Source: Acaryochloris marina MBIC11017
GTDB taxonomy: Bacteria > Cyanobacteriota > Cyanobacteriia > Thermosynechococcales > Thermosynechococcaceae
DNA: 32,000 nt
Direction of reading: 5' to 3'
NCBI RefSeq assembly: GCF_000018105.1
Contig: NC_009925.1
Span: forward strand, 390,001-422,000
Both the position numbers and the translations under genes were made by a program. The notes beneath the pieces are model-generated. The model had not been told where the DNA came from, did no database searches, and saw only the letters and a list, made by a program, of their open reading frames with translations. How positions within the stretch are numbered: the first letter of the stretch is position 1; each line of letters starts with the position of its first letter. Below, in pieces: positions 1 to 9,966 of this stretch.

Positions 1-305
1 CGTTCTTGGATTTGAACCTGTGAAGATGCCAATGGATTATCTGAACTGCGCACCTTCTGCACGGAGGTATATTTGGCAGGCGAAACACCTAAACGATAAT
101 CATATGATTTTCTTAGTTCAGGACTACTCAAAACTCTATATGCATCATTAAGTTGTTGAAATTTTTGGATCGCAGTTTCCTTGGGTAAAGCCGTTGTGTC
201 AGGATGGTAAACCTTGCTCTTTCTTCGATAAGCATCATGGATCTCATCACTAGAAGCTCCAGGAGAAAGATCTAGCAACTGGTAGAAATTTGAATCCATC
301 GACAT
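1..305 (-). CDS. J-domain (DnaJ-like) protein, N-terminal part only; the gene runs off the left edge
   Basis: My own minus-strand translation from ATG 305-303 gives MSMDSNFYQLLDLSPGASSDEIHDAYRRKSKVYHPDTTALPKETAIQKFQQLNDAYRVLSSPELRKSYDYRLG... It stays open to position 1 and has the HPD tripeptide with flanking J-domain helices. It is absent from the ORF track because no stop codon lies in the window. Confidence 0.7.
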   Translation of the reverse strand, partial: MSMDSNFYQLLDLSPGASSDEIHDAYRRKSKVYHPDTTALPKETAIQKFQQLNDAYRVLSSPELRKSYDYRLGVSPAKYTSVQKVRSSDNPLASSQVQIQE

Positions 306-362
306 CACTCTAGTTCAAGCTTTTTATAATTCTGTGCTAAAGAATTCAACACTCAAAGAAAT

Positions 363-430
363 TCCTAATACATATTGTAAGCAAGCTCTATCTCTTAGTC
401 GATAGAGCTTGCTTACAATATGTATTAGGA
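363..430 (-). terminator. Perfect 30-bp inverted repeat (8-nt loop) downstream of pilC; probable terminator of the pil operon
   Basis: Left arm 363-392 is TCCTAATACATATTGTAAGCAAGCTCTATC. Right arm 401-430 is its exact reverse complement. The loop is 393-400. It lies 60 nt past the pilC stop. On the minus strand it is followed by AATTTCTTTGAG (T-rich). Confidence 0.55.
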
Positions 431-489
431 GCTAGCGAAATTTAGCGTAAATCACACTTAAACTGAGTAAACCACTGAATAACCCTTGA

Positions 490-1710
490 TTAACCGATTA
501 GATCGAAGATCTTGAACATAGGCAAATACATAGCCACAAGAATGGAACCAACCATACCTCCTAAAACAACGATCATCAAGGGTTCCATCACACTAGTCAT
601 GGCTTTAACCGCCTGTTCGACTTCATCTTCATAAAAATCAGCAACCTTCATCAGCATCTTGTCAATCTCTCCTGTTTCTTCCCCAACATTGATCATTTGA
701 GTCGCTAGGAGAGGAAATACTTTTTCTTTTTGCAACGCTAAGCTCAACATGCCACCCCCTTGAATTTCTCGTCGAGCTTCATCAATAGCGTTAGATACAA
801 CCTGGTTTCCTGCAGTATCACGAACAATTTCGAGAGAATAGAGAATAGGCACACCCGAACGAGAAAGTGACCCAAAAGTTCGACAAAATCTAGCCACAGC
901 CGTCTTTTGAATCAGATCACCAAACAGAGGCAACTTAAGCATGATTCGATCAATAGTTTCTCTGCCTGCTCGGGTTCGATAGTACTGCCGAAGGGCAAAT
1001 GTGGATCCAAAAACTACAATGGCAGCTGAAATCCCATAAATCGGTGTTCTCAGAAATTCACTGAGATTCACCATAAATTGAGTAAATGCAGGTAAGTCAC
1101 CACCTAATTGGCTAAATATGCCGTCAAATACTGGGATAAGGAAAATAACCATTCCCAAAAAGATTGAAACAGCGATAAAACCAACGACAACTGGATATGC
1201 TAGCGCTGATCGAATCTGGTTTTTCAAACGCGCTTGATCTTCCAGCAAAGTGGCTAGACGATTGAGAACCTCATCCAAAACACCACCTGTTTCACCTGCT
1301 TGAATCATGGCAACATACAGCTGATCGAAAGCAGCAGGGTGGCCCCTCATAGCATCTGATAAGCTAACGCCTTGTTGGACAGCAGCATTGACATCTAGAA
1401 GTGCCTTTTTAAGCTTAGGATTCTTACACTGTTCAGACATAACTCCCAAGCCCCTTACCAATGCAACCCCGGCATTGACTAGAGCTGAAAACTGTCTCGA
1501 GAACAAAGCTTTATCTTTAACAGTGATGGACTGAAGAAAACTCAGATCCAGCTCAGCATTCATGCTGAAGCCTTGAGATTCCTTTATATCAAGGATCTGT
1601 AGCCCTTGGCGTTGGATATTAGAACGAGCTTCTTTTTGAGAGGTTGCGTTTACCCTTTTTTGGCTTGATTTTCCTTGAGAGTCTCGCGCACGGACGACGT
1701 AAGTTGGCAT
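490..1710 (-). CDS. pilC: Type IV pilus inner-membrane platform protein PilC
   Basis: 406-aa ORF with duplicated GspF/T2SS-F-type repeats and three hydrophobic membrane spans. It is the last gene of the pilB-pilT-pilC order. Confidence 0.93.
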   Translation of the reverse strand: MPTYVVRARDSQGKSSQKRVNATSQKEARSNIQRQGLQILDIKESQGFSMNAELDLSFLQSITVKDKALFSRQFSALVNAGVALVRGLGVMSEQCKNPKLKKALLDVNAAVQQGVSLSDAMRGHPAAFDQLYVAMIQAGETGGVLDEVLNRLATLLEDQARLKNQIRSALAYPVVVGFIAVSIFLGMVIFLIPVFDGIFSQLGGDLPAFTQFMVNLSEFLRTPIYGISAAIVVFGSTFALRQYYRTRAGRETIDRIMLKLPLFGDLIQKTAVARFCRTFGSLSRSGVPILYSLEIVRDTAGNQVVSNAIDEARREIQGGGMLSLALQKEKVFPLLATQMINVGEETGEIDKMLMKVADFYEDEVEQAVKAMTSVMEPLMIVVLGGMVGSILVAMYLPMFKIFDLIG

Positions 1711-1767
1711 AACTCAATTCTCAGCAGTAAATGAAGAAAGAACGAATGTTAGGTTTATACTCAATGC

Positions 1768-2889
1768 TTATCGCCGATAGGGTGCGGCACCAGAGCCACG
1801 TTGATTCCCCATAGGAGCTGCCCCCATAAGGCGTTGCATTTCATCAGGTCGGGAGGTTTTTGATACAGCAGATTCAAAGGAAATCGTACCTGCACGATAC
1901 AGTTCTGCTAAAACTTTTTCCAACGTTACCATCCCCAACTTTCCACCAGTTTGAATCGCAGAATAGATCTGGGACGTTTTCCCTTCACGAATTAAGTTAG
2001 CAATTCCAGGTGTTGATACCATAATTTCTTGGGCCATGACTCGCCCAAACTCGCCTGGTTTTGGGTTCTTTCGTGTCACCAGCGTTTGGCTAAATACAGC
2101 GACTAAAGAGTTAGACAATTGCACTCGAACTTGAGTCTGTTGCTCAGGTGGAAAGACATCTACCATTCGATCGACCGTTTGAGCAGCTGAACTGGTATGA
2201 AGTGTCCCAAAAACCAAGTGACCTGTTTCTGCTGCAGAGATAGCAAGTTGAATGGTTTCGAGATCCCGCATTTCCCCAACCAGAATAACATCTGGATCTT
2301 CACGAAGAGCTGCTCGTAGCGCATTCGCAAAGCTTTTGGTATCTTCACCAACCTGACGTTGATGAATCAAACTTTTAATGGGTTCATAAACAAATTCAAT
2401 GGGATCTTCCACCGTAAGAATATGCTCAGCCCGAGTTAGATTGATATTGTTAATCATGGAGGCAAGGGTGGTTGTTTTCCCTGAACCGGTAGGCCCCGTA
2501 ACGAGGACCAACCCCCGTGGTTTTTCCGACATTTCTCGGACAATATTGGGGAGTCCTAATGTTTCGATAGAAGGAATTTTAGAGCTAAGAGCACGCAATG
2601 CCGCAGCATAAGTCCCTCGGTCTTTATAGACATTTACCCTAAACCGAGCTAGGCCCCTCACACCATAGGAACAATCTAGTTCCCATGTTTGCTCTAGCTG
2701 CTTACGTTGAGTGTTATTCAGCATGCTAAAGATAAGACGCTGACATTGCTCTTGACTGAGCGGATCATAATCAGTAGGAGTTAATTTTCCGTTGATACGA
2801 ATGTAGGGAGGTAAGCCTACTGAGAGGTGTAAATCGGAGCCTCCCCGTTCAACGACCTCTTCCATCAGATCTTCAATCATGTAGTCCAT
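1768..2889 (-). CDS. pilT: Type IV pilus retraction ATPase PilT
   Basis: 373 aa. Walker A GPTGSGKTT, Walker B/Asp box ILVGEMRD, His box GTLHTSSA. It has no long N-terminal domain, which fits a PilT-type hexameric ATPase. Confidence 0.95.
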   Translation of the reverse strand: MDYMIEDLMEEVVERGGSDLHLSVGLPPYIRINGKLTPTDYDPLSQEQCQRLIFSMLNNTQRKQLEQTWELDCSYGVRGLARFRVNVYKDRGTYAAALRALSSKIPSIETLGLPNIVREMSEKPRGLVLVTGPTGSGKTTTLASMINNINLTRAEHILTVEDPIEFVYEPIKSLIHQRQVGEDTKSFANALRAALREDPDVILVGEMRDLETIQLAISAAETGHLVFGTLHTSSAAQTVDRMVDVFPPEQQTQVRVQLSNSLVAVFSQTLVTRKNPKPGEFGRVMAQEIMVSTPGIANLIREGKTSQIYSAIQTGGKLGMVTLEKVLAELYRAGTISFESAVSKTSRPDEMQRLMGAAPMGNQRGSGAAPYRR

Positions 2890-2967
2890 AAATTGCCTCT
2901 TAATAGTCTCAGCTAGCGTAAATTGATTGATTCAGCAAATACAAAAAATATTTCATGGATTCCTGCA

Positions 2968-4974
2968 TTAATCTTGGAATCTTGGTGTCGTGCAATAGGG
3001 ACAATCCAACCACTCAGGTCTTAAATCTGCATCACAGACTCGACAAGTTAGAGATGTTTTGCGCTTAGCCTTAAGTTCAGCTTCTAAGCCACTATCTGTA
3101 AAGGTAACTCGTTCCACTTCAGCGAGAGTAGTATCCCCTTTCTTAACTAGTTCAAGACTGTAAGCTAGAAGGGTTTTCATTCCTTCTTCAACTGCTACTT
3201 CTTTAATCCGCTCGGTAGGAGCTCCCTCGGTAATTAGTGTTTGCAGGGTTTCAGTGATTTGCATGACTTCATAGACACCACAACGCCCTTTATAACCAAT
3301 ACCATTACAAGTTGAACAAACCGTTTGCCCAGTAGCTTGAGCGGTTTGAAGTTCATCAGCTGAGAGAGTATTCGCTTTATAGAAGGTAATCTCTGTGCCA
3401 GGAGAAGCAGATAACCCAAATCGGCCAAGCTCAGTGGGAGTAGGTTGATAAGGGACTTTACAGTCTGAGCATACTCGCCGAACCAAACGCTGGGCAACAA
3501 CACCCAATAGGGACGCCGAAACCATAAAAGGCTCAACTTCCATTTCCGCAAGGCGAGCAACTGCACTAGCAGCGTCATTTGTGTGCAAAGTCGTTAGCAC
3601 AAGGTGTCCTGTTAGCGCTGCCTCAATGGCAGTTTTAGCCGTTTCTTTATCTCGGGTCTCACCCACTAGAATGACGTCTGGATCTTGTCTTAGAAACGCT
3701 CTCAAAATTGAGGCAAAGTCCATTCCTTTTTCTCGAATCACCTGGACTTGGGTCAAACCTGGGAGGGTATATTCAATCGGGTCCTCAGCAGTGCTGATGT
3801 TGACGCCTGGGTGATTACATTCGGCTAAGGCAGAATAGAGAGTCGTTGTTTTACCAGAACCAGTCGGTCCTGTCACCAAAATTAGTCCAAACGGTCTACT
3901 GACCATTTCTCTGACAATGTTTAGACTATCTTCATCTGAAACAAGTTTATCTAATCCCAGTTGAGTCGAGGAGTTATCCAGAATACGAAGTACAATCTTC
4001 TCTCCATATCGGCTCGGCAAGGTATTCACTCGAAAGTCAATTTTGCGCCCTTGAAAAAGTCGCCGGATACGACCATCTTGCGGAAGGCGGCGCTCGGCAA
4101 TATCAAGATCTGAAATGATTTTGAAACGGGAAATAACCGCAGGAATGATCTTTCTTGGCAATGGGTCAAAGGCCTGTTGGAGTACACCGTCTTTACGGAA
4201 TCGAACACGAAGGTGATCTTCTTGGGGTTCAATATGAATATCAGAGACACCGTTCTGTAAAGCTTTAGCCAGAATTTTGTTAACTAGACCAATGATGGGA
4301 GCTGTTTCCGCATCTTGAAGAGCCGCCCCCAAGTCCGTTTCAAGTTCGTCACTAGGGAGATCATCTAAACCTGCGATCGCATCTAAGTCATCATCTAAAT
4401 CGAACTCGATCGGCTTTTCATTTGCTTTTTGCTCAGCCGCTTGCTGATCGAGATACTTACTAATAAGTTGCTGATAGTCCTCAACCGCAATCACCATGCG
4501 TTGCAAGGTTAGATTTTTCTCTCTAAGAATACGCCCTAGATCGTCCAGAGCGCCTAAATTATCTGGATCAACCATTGCCACCAGCAATGTTGCTGGATCC
4601 GTTTCTTTATCAAGGGTTAGGGGAACCAGCTGATAGCGTCGACAGAGGTCAAGAGAAATATAATTCTGGATCAATTCTTCGATTTGATCCGTTGGAATTT
4701 GGCTTAACTCAAGATCTAAAGAGTCGATGCCATACAGTATTTTTAGTTCAAAAAGTTGTTGTCGTTTATATTGACGTAAAAGTTCTGGTGGTAAAGACTG
4801 TCCAGTGAGTCCTTGAAGAATTTCGACAAGTGAACGTCCTGAGCGTCGACTTTCTAGGGTCGCTTCCCGCATTTGGTCTTGGTCAACATAACCTGTTGAA
4901 ATCAGCTTATTGCCAAAAGGGGAAAAATTGTGCCGAGTAACGAGAGCACGCCGCTGTGAGGAAGAGTTAACCAT
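2968..4974 (-). CDS. pilB: Type IV pilus extension ATPase PilB (GspE family)
   Basis: The track ORF is 736 aa. I moved the start to ATG 4974 (MVNSSSQRRALVTRHNFSPFGNKLISTGYVD...), giving 668 aa, a typical PilB N-terminus. Walker A GPTGSGKTT, ILVGETRD, and the canonical tetra-Cys CSDC...CSTCNGIGYKGRC. There is an extra C-terminal CxxC-x10-CxxC (see findings). Confidence 0.92.
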   Translation of the reverse strand: MVNSSSQRRALVTRHNFSPFGNKLISTGYVDQDQMREATLESRRSGRSLVEILQGLTGQSLPPELLRQYKRQQLFELKILYGIDSLDLELSQIPTDQIEELIQNYISLDLCRRYQLVPLTLDKETDPATLLVAMVDPDNLGALDDLGRILREKNLTLQRMVIAVEDYQQLISKYLDQQAAEQKANEKPIEFDLDDDLDAIAGLDDLPSDELETDLGAALQDAETAPIIGLVNKILAKALQNGVSDIHIEPQEDHLRVRFRKDGVLQQAFDPLPRKIIPAVISRFKIISDLDIAERRLPQDGRIRRLFQGRKIDFRVNTLPSRYGEKIVLRILDNSSTQLGLDKLVSDEDSLNIVREMVSRPFGLILVTGPTGSGKTTTLYSALAECNHPGVNISTAEDPIEYTLPGLTQVQVIREKGMDFASILRAFLRQDPDVILVGETRDKETAKTAIEAALTGHLVLTTLHTNDAASAVARLAEMEVEPFMVSASLLGVVAQRLVRRVCSDCKVPYQPTPTELGRFGLSASPGTEITFYKANTLSADELQTAQATGQTVCSTCNGIGYKGRCGVYEVMQITETLQTLITEGAPTERIKEVAVEEGMKTLLAYSLELVKKGDTTLAEVERVTFTDSGLEAELKAKRKTSLTCRVCDADLRPEWLDCPYCTTPRFQD
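4373..4380. repeat. HIP1 octamer GCGATCGC
   Basis: Exact match read in the sequence (inside pilB). Confidence 0.95.
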
Positions 4975-5594
4975 AGCGATGAAAGCGAAAGACCTAACCG
5001 TGGATATGTAAGCTTGAAAATAGACTTCCTTGCCAAGTCGAGGCAATGGCGAGGCTGTTCTCAGCATGCCCACATTTTTTGAGGTTTTTACAATCTTCCT
5101 GGGTATCAAGAATTCCATTTCCCTTGACATCAGCAATTTTAGAGTCCAAGTTAGCCAAACTTTAGGCCTCTGATCCAAGGGAGATTCCTAAAACAACTGC
5201 TAGAGTATATATAGGTTTAAAATATTCTCAACGTTAATATTCTCAGCCTTTTTCTACCATTAGACCTCATTACTAGCCTTAGTAAGTTTAGATTGTTCAA
5301 ATTATCGATATTTGATGATTTTCTGGTTCAACTCTCTACTCAGAATTGGAATAGCAATATAAAATCAAGTTGTGGGAACAACTGAAAGGCAGGCTACTAT
5401 ATTGAGGCTTAAATCATCAGCAGTACTAAGGCTCCCAGCCCTTGGGGAGGTTTAATACTCTCATATTTGAGCAGGTCTGAGATACCATACGATTAATTAC
5501 ACTGAAACATGTTCGTTAAAGCTCACAACACATTAAGGTTGTAGAACTGTTAACCAAACTGTTTGTTCATGGAAGTAAAGAAAACAGGAGCATC

Positions 5595-6383
5595 ATGAGC
5601 GAAGACGCGAAGCAGCACGAGAATACTGAGGCTAATGATGTAAATTACTCAGATGAATCTTCGCTTCATCAGGAAGAGTCAAACTCAGAGTACGAAGAAT
5701 TAGTGGTAGACGACTCTGAAGAGTTGCCTTTAGATGCTTTAGAAGAACTAGTTTCATCTGCTTCGTCTGATGACGCCCCCCATACCTCGACTGCCTCACC
5801 GGAAGAAACATCTATACCTGAGCAAGAAGACTCATCAGAAGCGCTATCTCAGTTAGCAACGGAAGTTGAGACCTTAAAAAGTCAGTTAGACGAGCGCACG
5901 AGTCAGTATGTCCGAATCGCAGCGGATTTCGAGAACTTTCGCAGACGCACGGCGCGAGAGAAAACAGATTTAGAACAACGGGTAAAACGAGAAACGCTCA
6001 GTGAGCTTCTTCCCGTTATTGATAGCTTTGATCGGGCCAGATCTCATATCAAACCTCAAACCGATCAAGAAGAGAACATTCATAATAGTTATCAAGGGGT
6101 ATACAAACAATTAGTGGATTGTTTGAAGCGAATTGGAGTTGCACCCATGCGTTCTAAAGGACAACCCTTTGACCCGAATCTCCACGAAGCTGTAATGCGG
6201 GAACCCACTAACGAATTCGAAGAAGGTATGGTTGTTGAAGAATTAGTCAGTGGATACTTATTAGGTGAACAGGTTCTACGGCATGCCATGGTAAAAGTTG
6301 CTGCTCCTTTAGAGCAAGAAGAGCCAGAAGCAGTTACTGAGGAAGAAGTAGCTGAGGAAGCCGAAAATGCTGTCTCTGAATAA
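5595..6383 (+). CDS. grpE: Nucleotide exchange factor GrpE
   Basis: 262 aa. GrpE core motifs RIAADFENFRRR and PFDPNLHEAV. An AGGAG lies 4 nt upstream of the ATG. The N-terminal extension of about 90 aa is acidic and Ser-rich. Confidence 0.9.
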   Translation: MSEDAKQHENTEANDVNYSDESSLHQEESNSEYEELVVDDSEELPLDALEELVSSASSDDAPHTSTASPEETSIPEQEDSSEALSQLATEVETLKSQLDERTSQYVRIAADFENFRRRTAREKTDLEQRVKRETLSELLPVIDSFDRARSHIKPQTDQEENIHNSYQGVYKQLVDCLKRIGVAPMRSKGQPFDPNLHEAVMREPTNEFEEGMVVEELVSGYLLGEQVLRHAMVKVAAPLEQEEPEAVTEEEVAEEAENAVSE

Positions 6384-6546
6384 CTTTGCCAGGGTCTGAA
6401 TCGTTCCCTTCTCACCTGTTTTTTGGGTTAATTTGCAGAAGGTTGATTAAATTCATGGGCAGATGAGGCACCCTACAGTATGAGGAGCATTTTAGAAAGC
6501 TCAATACATTTAATCAAGCATAATTGCTGTTTGCTGCGAAAAAGTT

Positions 6547-8535
6547 ATGGGTAAGGTCATTGGTATTGATCTAGGAACAACGAATAGCTGTGTTGCTGTT
6601 CTTGAAGGGGGAAAACCGGTCGTTATCCCCAATACTGAAGGGGGCAGAACGACCCCTAGTATTGTCGGTTTTGCTAAATCTGGGGACCGCCTAGTTGGCC
6701 AACTTGCCAAACGACAAGCAGTCACCAACGCTGAAAACACCATTTTCAGTATTAAGCGTTTCATTGGCCGTAGATGGCAGGAAACAGAAACGGAAAGATC
6801 TCGTGTCGCTTATACCTCTGTACCTGGCAAAGATGAAACCGTTGATGTTCAAATTCGAGGGAAAAACTATACCCCTCAGGAAATTTCAGCAATGGTTTTG
6901 CAAAAGCTGAAACAAGATGCTGAAGCCTACTTAGGAGAGGCAGTGTCTCAAGCAGTTATCACAGTTCCTGCTTATTTCAGTGATGCCCAGCGCCAAGCCA
7001 CAAAGGATGCAGGAACCATCGCTGGATTAGAAGTTCTGCGAATCATCAATGAACCTACCGCAGCCTCTCTATCTTATGGTTTGGAAAAGCAAGAGGAAGA
7101 CCATAAGATTTTAGTCTTTGACCTAGGAGGGGGTACCTTTGATGTTTCCATCCTTCAACTCGGAGATGGCGTCTTTGAGGTAAAAGCCACTGCTGGCAAC
7201 AATCACCTCGGTGGGGATGACTTCGATGAATCCATTTTGAAGTGGATGTTAGAAAGTTTTCGCCAAACTGAATCGATTGATCTATCCAAAGACAAGATGG
7301 CCCTGCAGCGATTACGGGAAGCAGCAGAAAAAGCCAAGATCGAGCTATCTAGTACCATTACAACCTCCATTAACTTGCCATTCAGCACGGCTGATGAAAC
7401 AGGTCCCAAACATTTGGAGATGGATTTAACCCGAGCCAAATTTGAAGAGTTAGCTGCTGAACTTGTAACAGGAACGATGGAACCTGTTGAAAGGGCTCTC
7501 AAGGATTCAGACTTACAAGCTGAGGACATTGATCGCATCATTTTGGTGGGAGGCTCCACCCGGATTCCTGCAGTCCAAGAAGCCGTCAAACAATACTTTG
7601 GCGGTCAAAGTCCGGATCGCTCGGTTAATCCTGACGAATCGATTGCCCTAGGTGCTGCCATTCAAGCTGGTGTGCTGGGTGGGGAAGTTAAGGATCTCTT
7701 GCTCCTAGACGTGTCCCCCCTATCGATGGGTATTGAAACTTTGGGAGGGGTATTTACCAAAATCATTGACCGCAATACAACCCTGCCCACCAGCCGTTCA
7801 CAGAGCTTTTCTACCGCAACAGATGGGCAAACCTGTGTAGAAATCCAGGTTTACCAGGGTGAGCGGGCCATGGTGAAAGATAACAAGTGTCTCGGTCGTT
7901 TTGAATTAACCGGCATTCCTCCGGCACCGCGGGGTGTACCGCAAATTGAAGTCACCTTTGATATCGATGCTAATGGCATTCTCAATGTTTCTGCCCAAGA
8001 TAAAGGCACTGGACGGGAACAAAGTATCCGGATCTCTAATACCGGAGGCTTAAGTAGCTTAGAAGTTGAGCGAATGCGCCAGGAAGCCCAAATCTATGCA
8101 GATCAAGATCGGCAGTTGAAAGAAGTTGCCCATCAGAAAAATCAGATTGACAGCATGCTGTATAGCTGCAGTGCCACTTTGAAGGATAATGCGAGCACCG
8201 TTTCTCCAGAACTCAAGCAACGGGCCGAACAAGCAGCGGCTGAACTTAAAGTTTTAGCCGACCAGCCTGATGTCACTGCAGAAATGTTGAAGCTTCGCAT
8301 AGATACCCTCCAGCAGGTACTCTTAGATATTGGGGCTGAAGTTTATCAGCAGTCGGCAACAAACTCACCATCGGCGAATGATGTTTATAATCCGAGTGAC
8401 GTTTATAATAGTCAACCTAGCACTGTAGTAACGCCTGATCTAGTTTCAGAACCTTCAGCACCGTTGGATGACGACTCCACCATAGTTGGAGATTTTGATG
8501 ATACGGTTATCACTGACTATGAAGCCGTAGATTAG
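6547..8535 (+). CDS. dnaK: Hsp70 chaperone DnaK
   Basis: 662 aa. Hsp70 signatures [22 protein letters not shown] and [13 protein letters not shown]. It sits between grpE and dnaJ. Confidence 0.96.
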   Translation: MGKVIGIDLGTTNSCVAVLEGGKPVVIPNTEGGRTTPSIVGFAKSGDRLVGQLAKRQAVTNAENTIFSIKRFIGRRWQETETERSRVAYTSVPGKDETVDVQIRGKNYTPQEISAMVLQKLKQDAEAYLGEAVSQAVITVPAYFSDAQRQATKDAGTIAGLEVLRIINEPTAASLSYGLEKQEEDHKILVFDLGGGTFDVSILQLGDGVFEVKATAGNNHLGGDDFDESILKWMLESFRQTESIDLSKDKMALQRLREAAEKAKIELSSTITTSINLPFSTADETGPKHLEMDLTRAKFEELAAELVTGTMEPVERALKDSDLQAEDIDRIILVGGSTRIPAVQEAVKQYFGGQSPDRSVNPDESIALGAAIQAGVLGGEVKDLLLLDVSPLSMGIETLGGVFTKIIDRNTTLPTSRSQSFSTATDGQTCVEIQVYQGERAMVKDNKCLGRFELTGIPPAPRGVPQIEVTFDIDANGILNVSAQDKGTGREQSIRISNTGGLSSLEVERMRQEAQIYADQDRQLKEVAHQKNQIDSMLYSCSATLKDNASTVSPELKQRAEQAAAELKVLADQPDVTAEMLKLRIDTLQQVLLDIGAEVYQQSATNSPSANDVYNPSDVYNSQPSTVVTPDLVSEPSAPLDDDSTIVGDFDDTVITDYEAVD

Positions 8536-8584
8536 GGGTTAAGTGCGTTGCCAGCCTAATTAGTGACCTAAGTAAGAACCATAT

Positions 8585-9709
8585 ATGGCCCGCGACTACT
8601 ACGACATTCTAGGTGTTTCCCGCAGCGCCGACCCCGATGAGCTCAAGCGTTCCTATCGACGTTTAGCCCGTAAGTACCATCCCGATGTCAATAAAGAACC
8701 AGGGGCCGAAGATAAATTTAAAGAAATCAATAAAGCCTACGAAACCTTGTCCGATCCGCAAATGCGAGGCCGGTATGACCAGTTTGGTGAAGCAGGGGTC
8801 AGCTCAGCCGCAGGGGCAGGCTATCAAGACTTTGGCGACTTCGGTGGATTTGCAGATATCTTTGAAACCTTTTTTAGTGGTTTTGGAGGGAGTCCACAAT
8901 CAGGAAGACGTCGTTCGGGTCCAGCACGGGGCGAGGATCTGCGATTTGATCTCAAGCTCAAGTTTAGAGAAGCCGTGTTTGGTGGAGAACAGCAAATTCG
9001 CATTTCTCACCTAGAAAGCTGTAAAACTTGTGAAGGAACTGGGGCAAAACCTGGCACTCGACCCCAAACCTGCAGTACTTGCCAAGGGTCGGGTCAAGTT
9101 CGGCGGATGACCCGTACGCCTCTGGGAAATTTTACGCAAGTGTCTGTTTGTCCAACTTGCAACGGTCAAGGGCAAGTGGTAACAGAAAAGTGTGATAGCT
9201 GTGGTGGACGTGGGCAAAACCAAGTCAGCAAGAAATTACAAATCAAAATTCCAGCTGGCGTAGATACAGGTACTCGATTGCGGGTCTCCAATGAAGGAGA
9301 TGCGGGCCAAAAAGGTGGGCCTCCTGGTGATTTGTATGTTTATCTGTTTGTACAAGAAGACTCAGAATTTCGTCGCGATGGCACCAATGTCCTATCTGAG
9401 TTTAAGATCAGCTACTTGCAGGCGATTTTAGGTGCCCAACTGCCGGTAAAAACCGTGGATGGAGAAGAGACCATTACGATTCCTGCGGGAACTCAACCAG
9501 GCACTGTTTTAACCCTGGAAAATCACGGTGTTCCCCGTTTAGGTAATCCGGTAAGTCGGGGAGACCATTTGATTACGGTCATTATTGATATTCCTAACCG
9601 AATCTCCACAGAAGAGCGTGAGTTGTTGGTGCAGCTCGCCAGTATTCGAGCGGAGCAAACTGGGAAAGGCGGAATCGAAGGCTTCCTCGGGGGCATTTTT
9701 GGCCGATGA
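8585..9709 (+). CDS. dnaJ: Co-chaperone DnaJ (type I)
   Basis: 374 aa. J domain with HPD, a G/F-rich linker, and four CxxCxGxG repeats ([32 protein letters not shown]). Confidence 0.95.
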   Translation: MARDYYDILGVSRSADPDELKRSYRRLARKYHPDVNKEPGAEDKFKEINKAYETLSDPQMRGRYDQFGEAGVSSAAGAGYQDFGDFGGFADIFETFFSGFGGSPQSGRRRSGPARGEDLRFDLKLKFREAVFGGEQQIRISHLESCKTCEGTGAKPGTRPQTCSTCQGSGQVRRMTRTPLGNFTQVSVCPTCNGQGQVVTEKCDSCGGRGQNQVSKKLQIKIPAGVDTGTRLRVSNEGDAGQKGGPPGDLYVYLFVQEDSEFRRDGTNVLSEFKISYLQAILGAQLPVKTVDGEETITIPAGTQPGTVLTLENHGVPRLGNPVSRGDHLITVIIDIPNRISTEERELLVQLASIRAEQTGKGGIEGFLGGIFGR

Positions 9710-9966
9710 CGGAGCCGAGCCCACCGCTTTTGCCAGCATCAGATGACCAAATTGATTTAAGGGGAACACCTTGCCCCCTCAATTTTGTTCGCACAAAGCT
9801 ACATTTGCAAAAAATGGCTCCTGGATCCTTGTTAGAAGTTTGGTTAGATCCGGGCGAACCCATTGAGCAAGTACCCGATAGCCTCAAAATGGCTGGCTAC
9901 ACAATTGAACAATTAAAGGACTGCTCTGGTTTTTACGCTTTGCAAGTCAGATCAGCTGACCTATGA
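9706..9966 (+). CDS. TusA/SirA-family sulfur-carrier-like protein
   Basis: 86 aa. [12 protein letters not shown] matches the Cys-Pro active-site loop of the TusA fold. Its start overlaps the dnaJ stop (ATGA at 9706-9709) and its stop overlaps the rsgA start (ATGA at 9963-9966). Confidence 0.7.
   Translation: MTEPSPPLLPASDDQIDLRGTPCPLNFVRTKLHLQKMAPGSLLEVWLDPGEPIEQVPDSLKMAGYTIEQLKDCSGFYALQVRSADL

Noticed and set aside
2160-4808. Six short track ORFs inside pilT and pilB (2160-2351, 2399-2611, 3234-3578, 3581-3814, 4026-4250, 4575-4808).
   Set aside because: All lie within or antisense to genes with very strong ATPase homology. Their translations are low-complexity with no motifs, so they are shadow ORFs.
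4975-5178. A 68-codon upstream extension of the pilB ORF (MDQRPKVWLTW...).
   Set aside because: The PilB-like sequence begins at MVNSSSQRRAL (ATG 4974). The extension has no PilB similarity and looks like translated intergenic DNA.
5179-6546. CIRCE heat-shock operator (TTAGCACTC-N9-GAGTGCTAA) upstream of grpE or dnaK.
   Set aside because: No match was seen in either the 5179-5594 or the 6384-6546 region.
6092-9887. Overlapping or antisense ORFs in grpE, dnaK and dnaJ (6092-6415, 6510-6764, 6695-6910, 7203-7589, 8685-9014, 9011-9223, 9539-9769, 9594-9887).
   Set aside because: They are embedded in highly conserved chaperone genes, have biased Ser/Arg/Pro composition, and give no independent signal.
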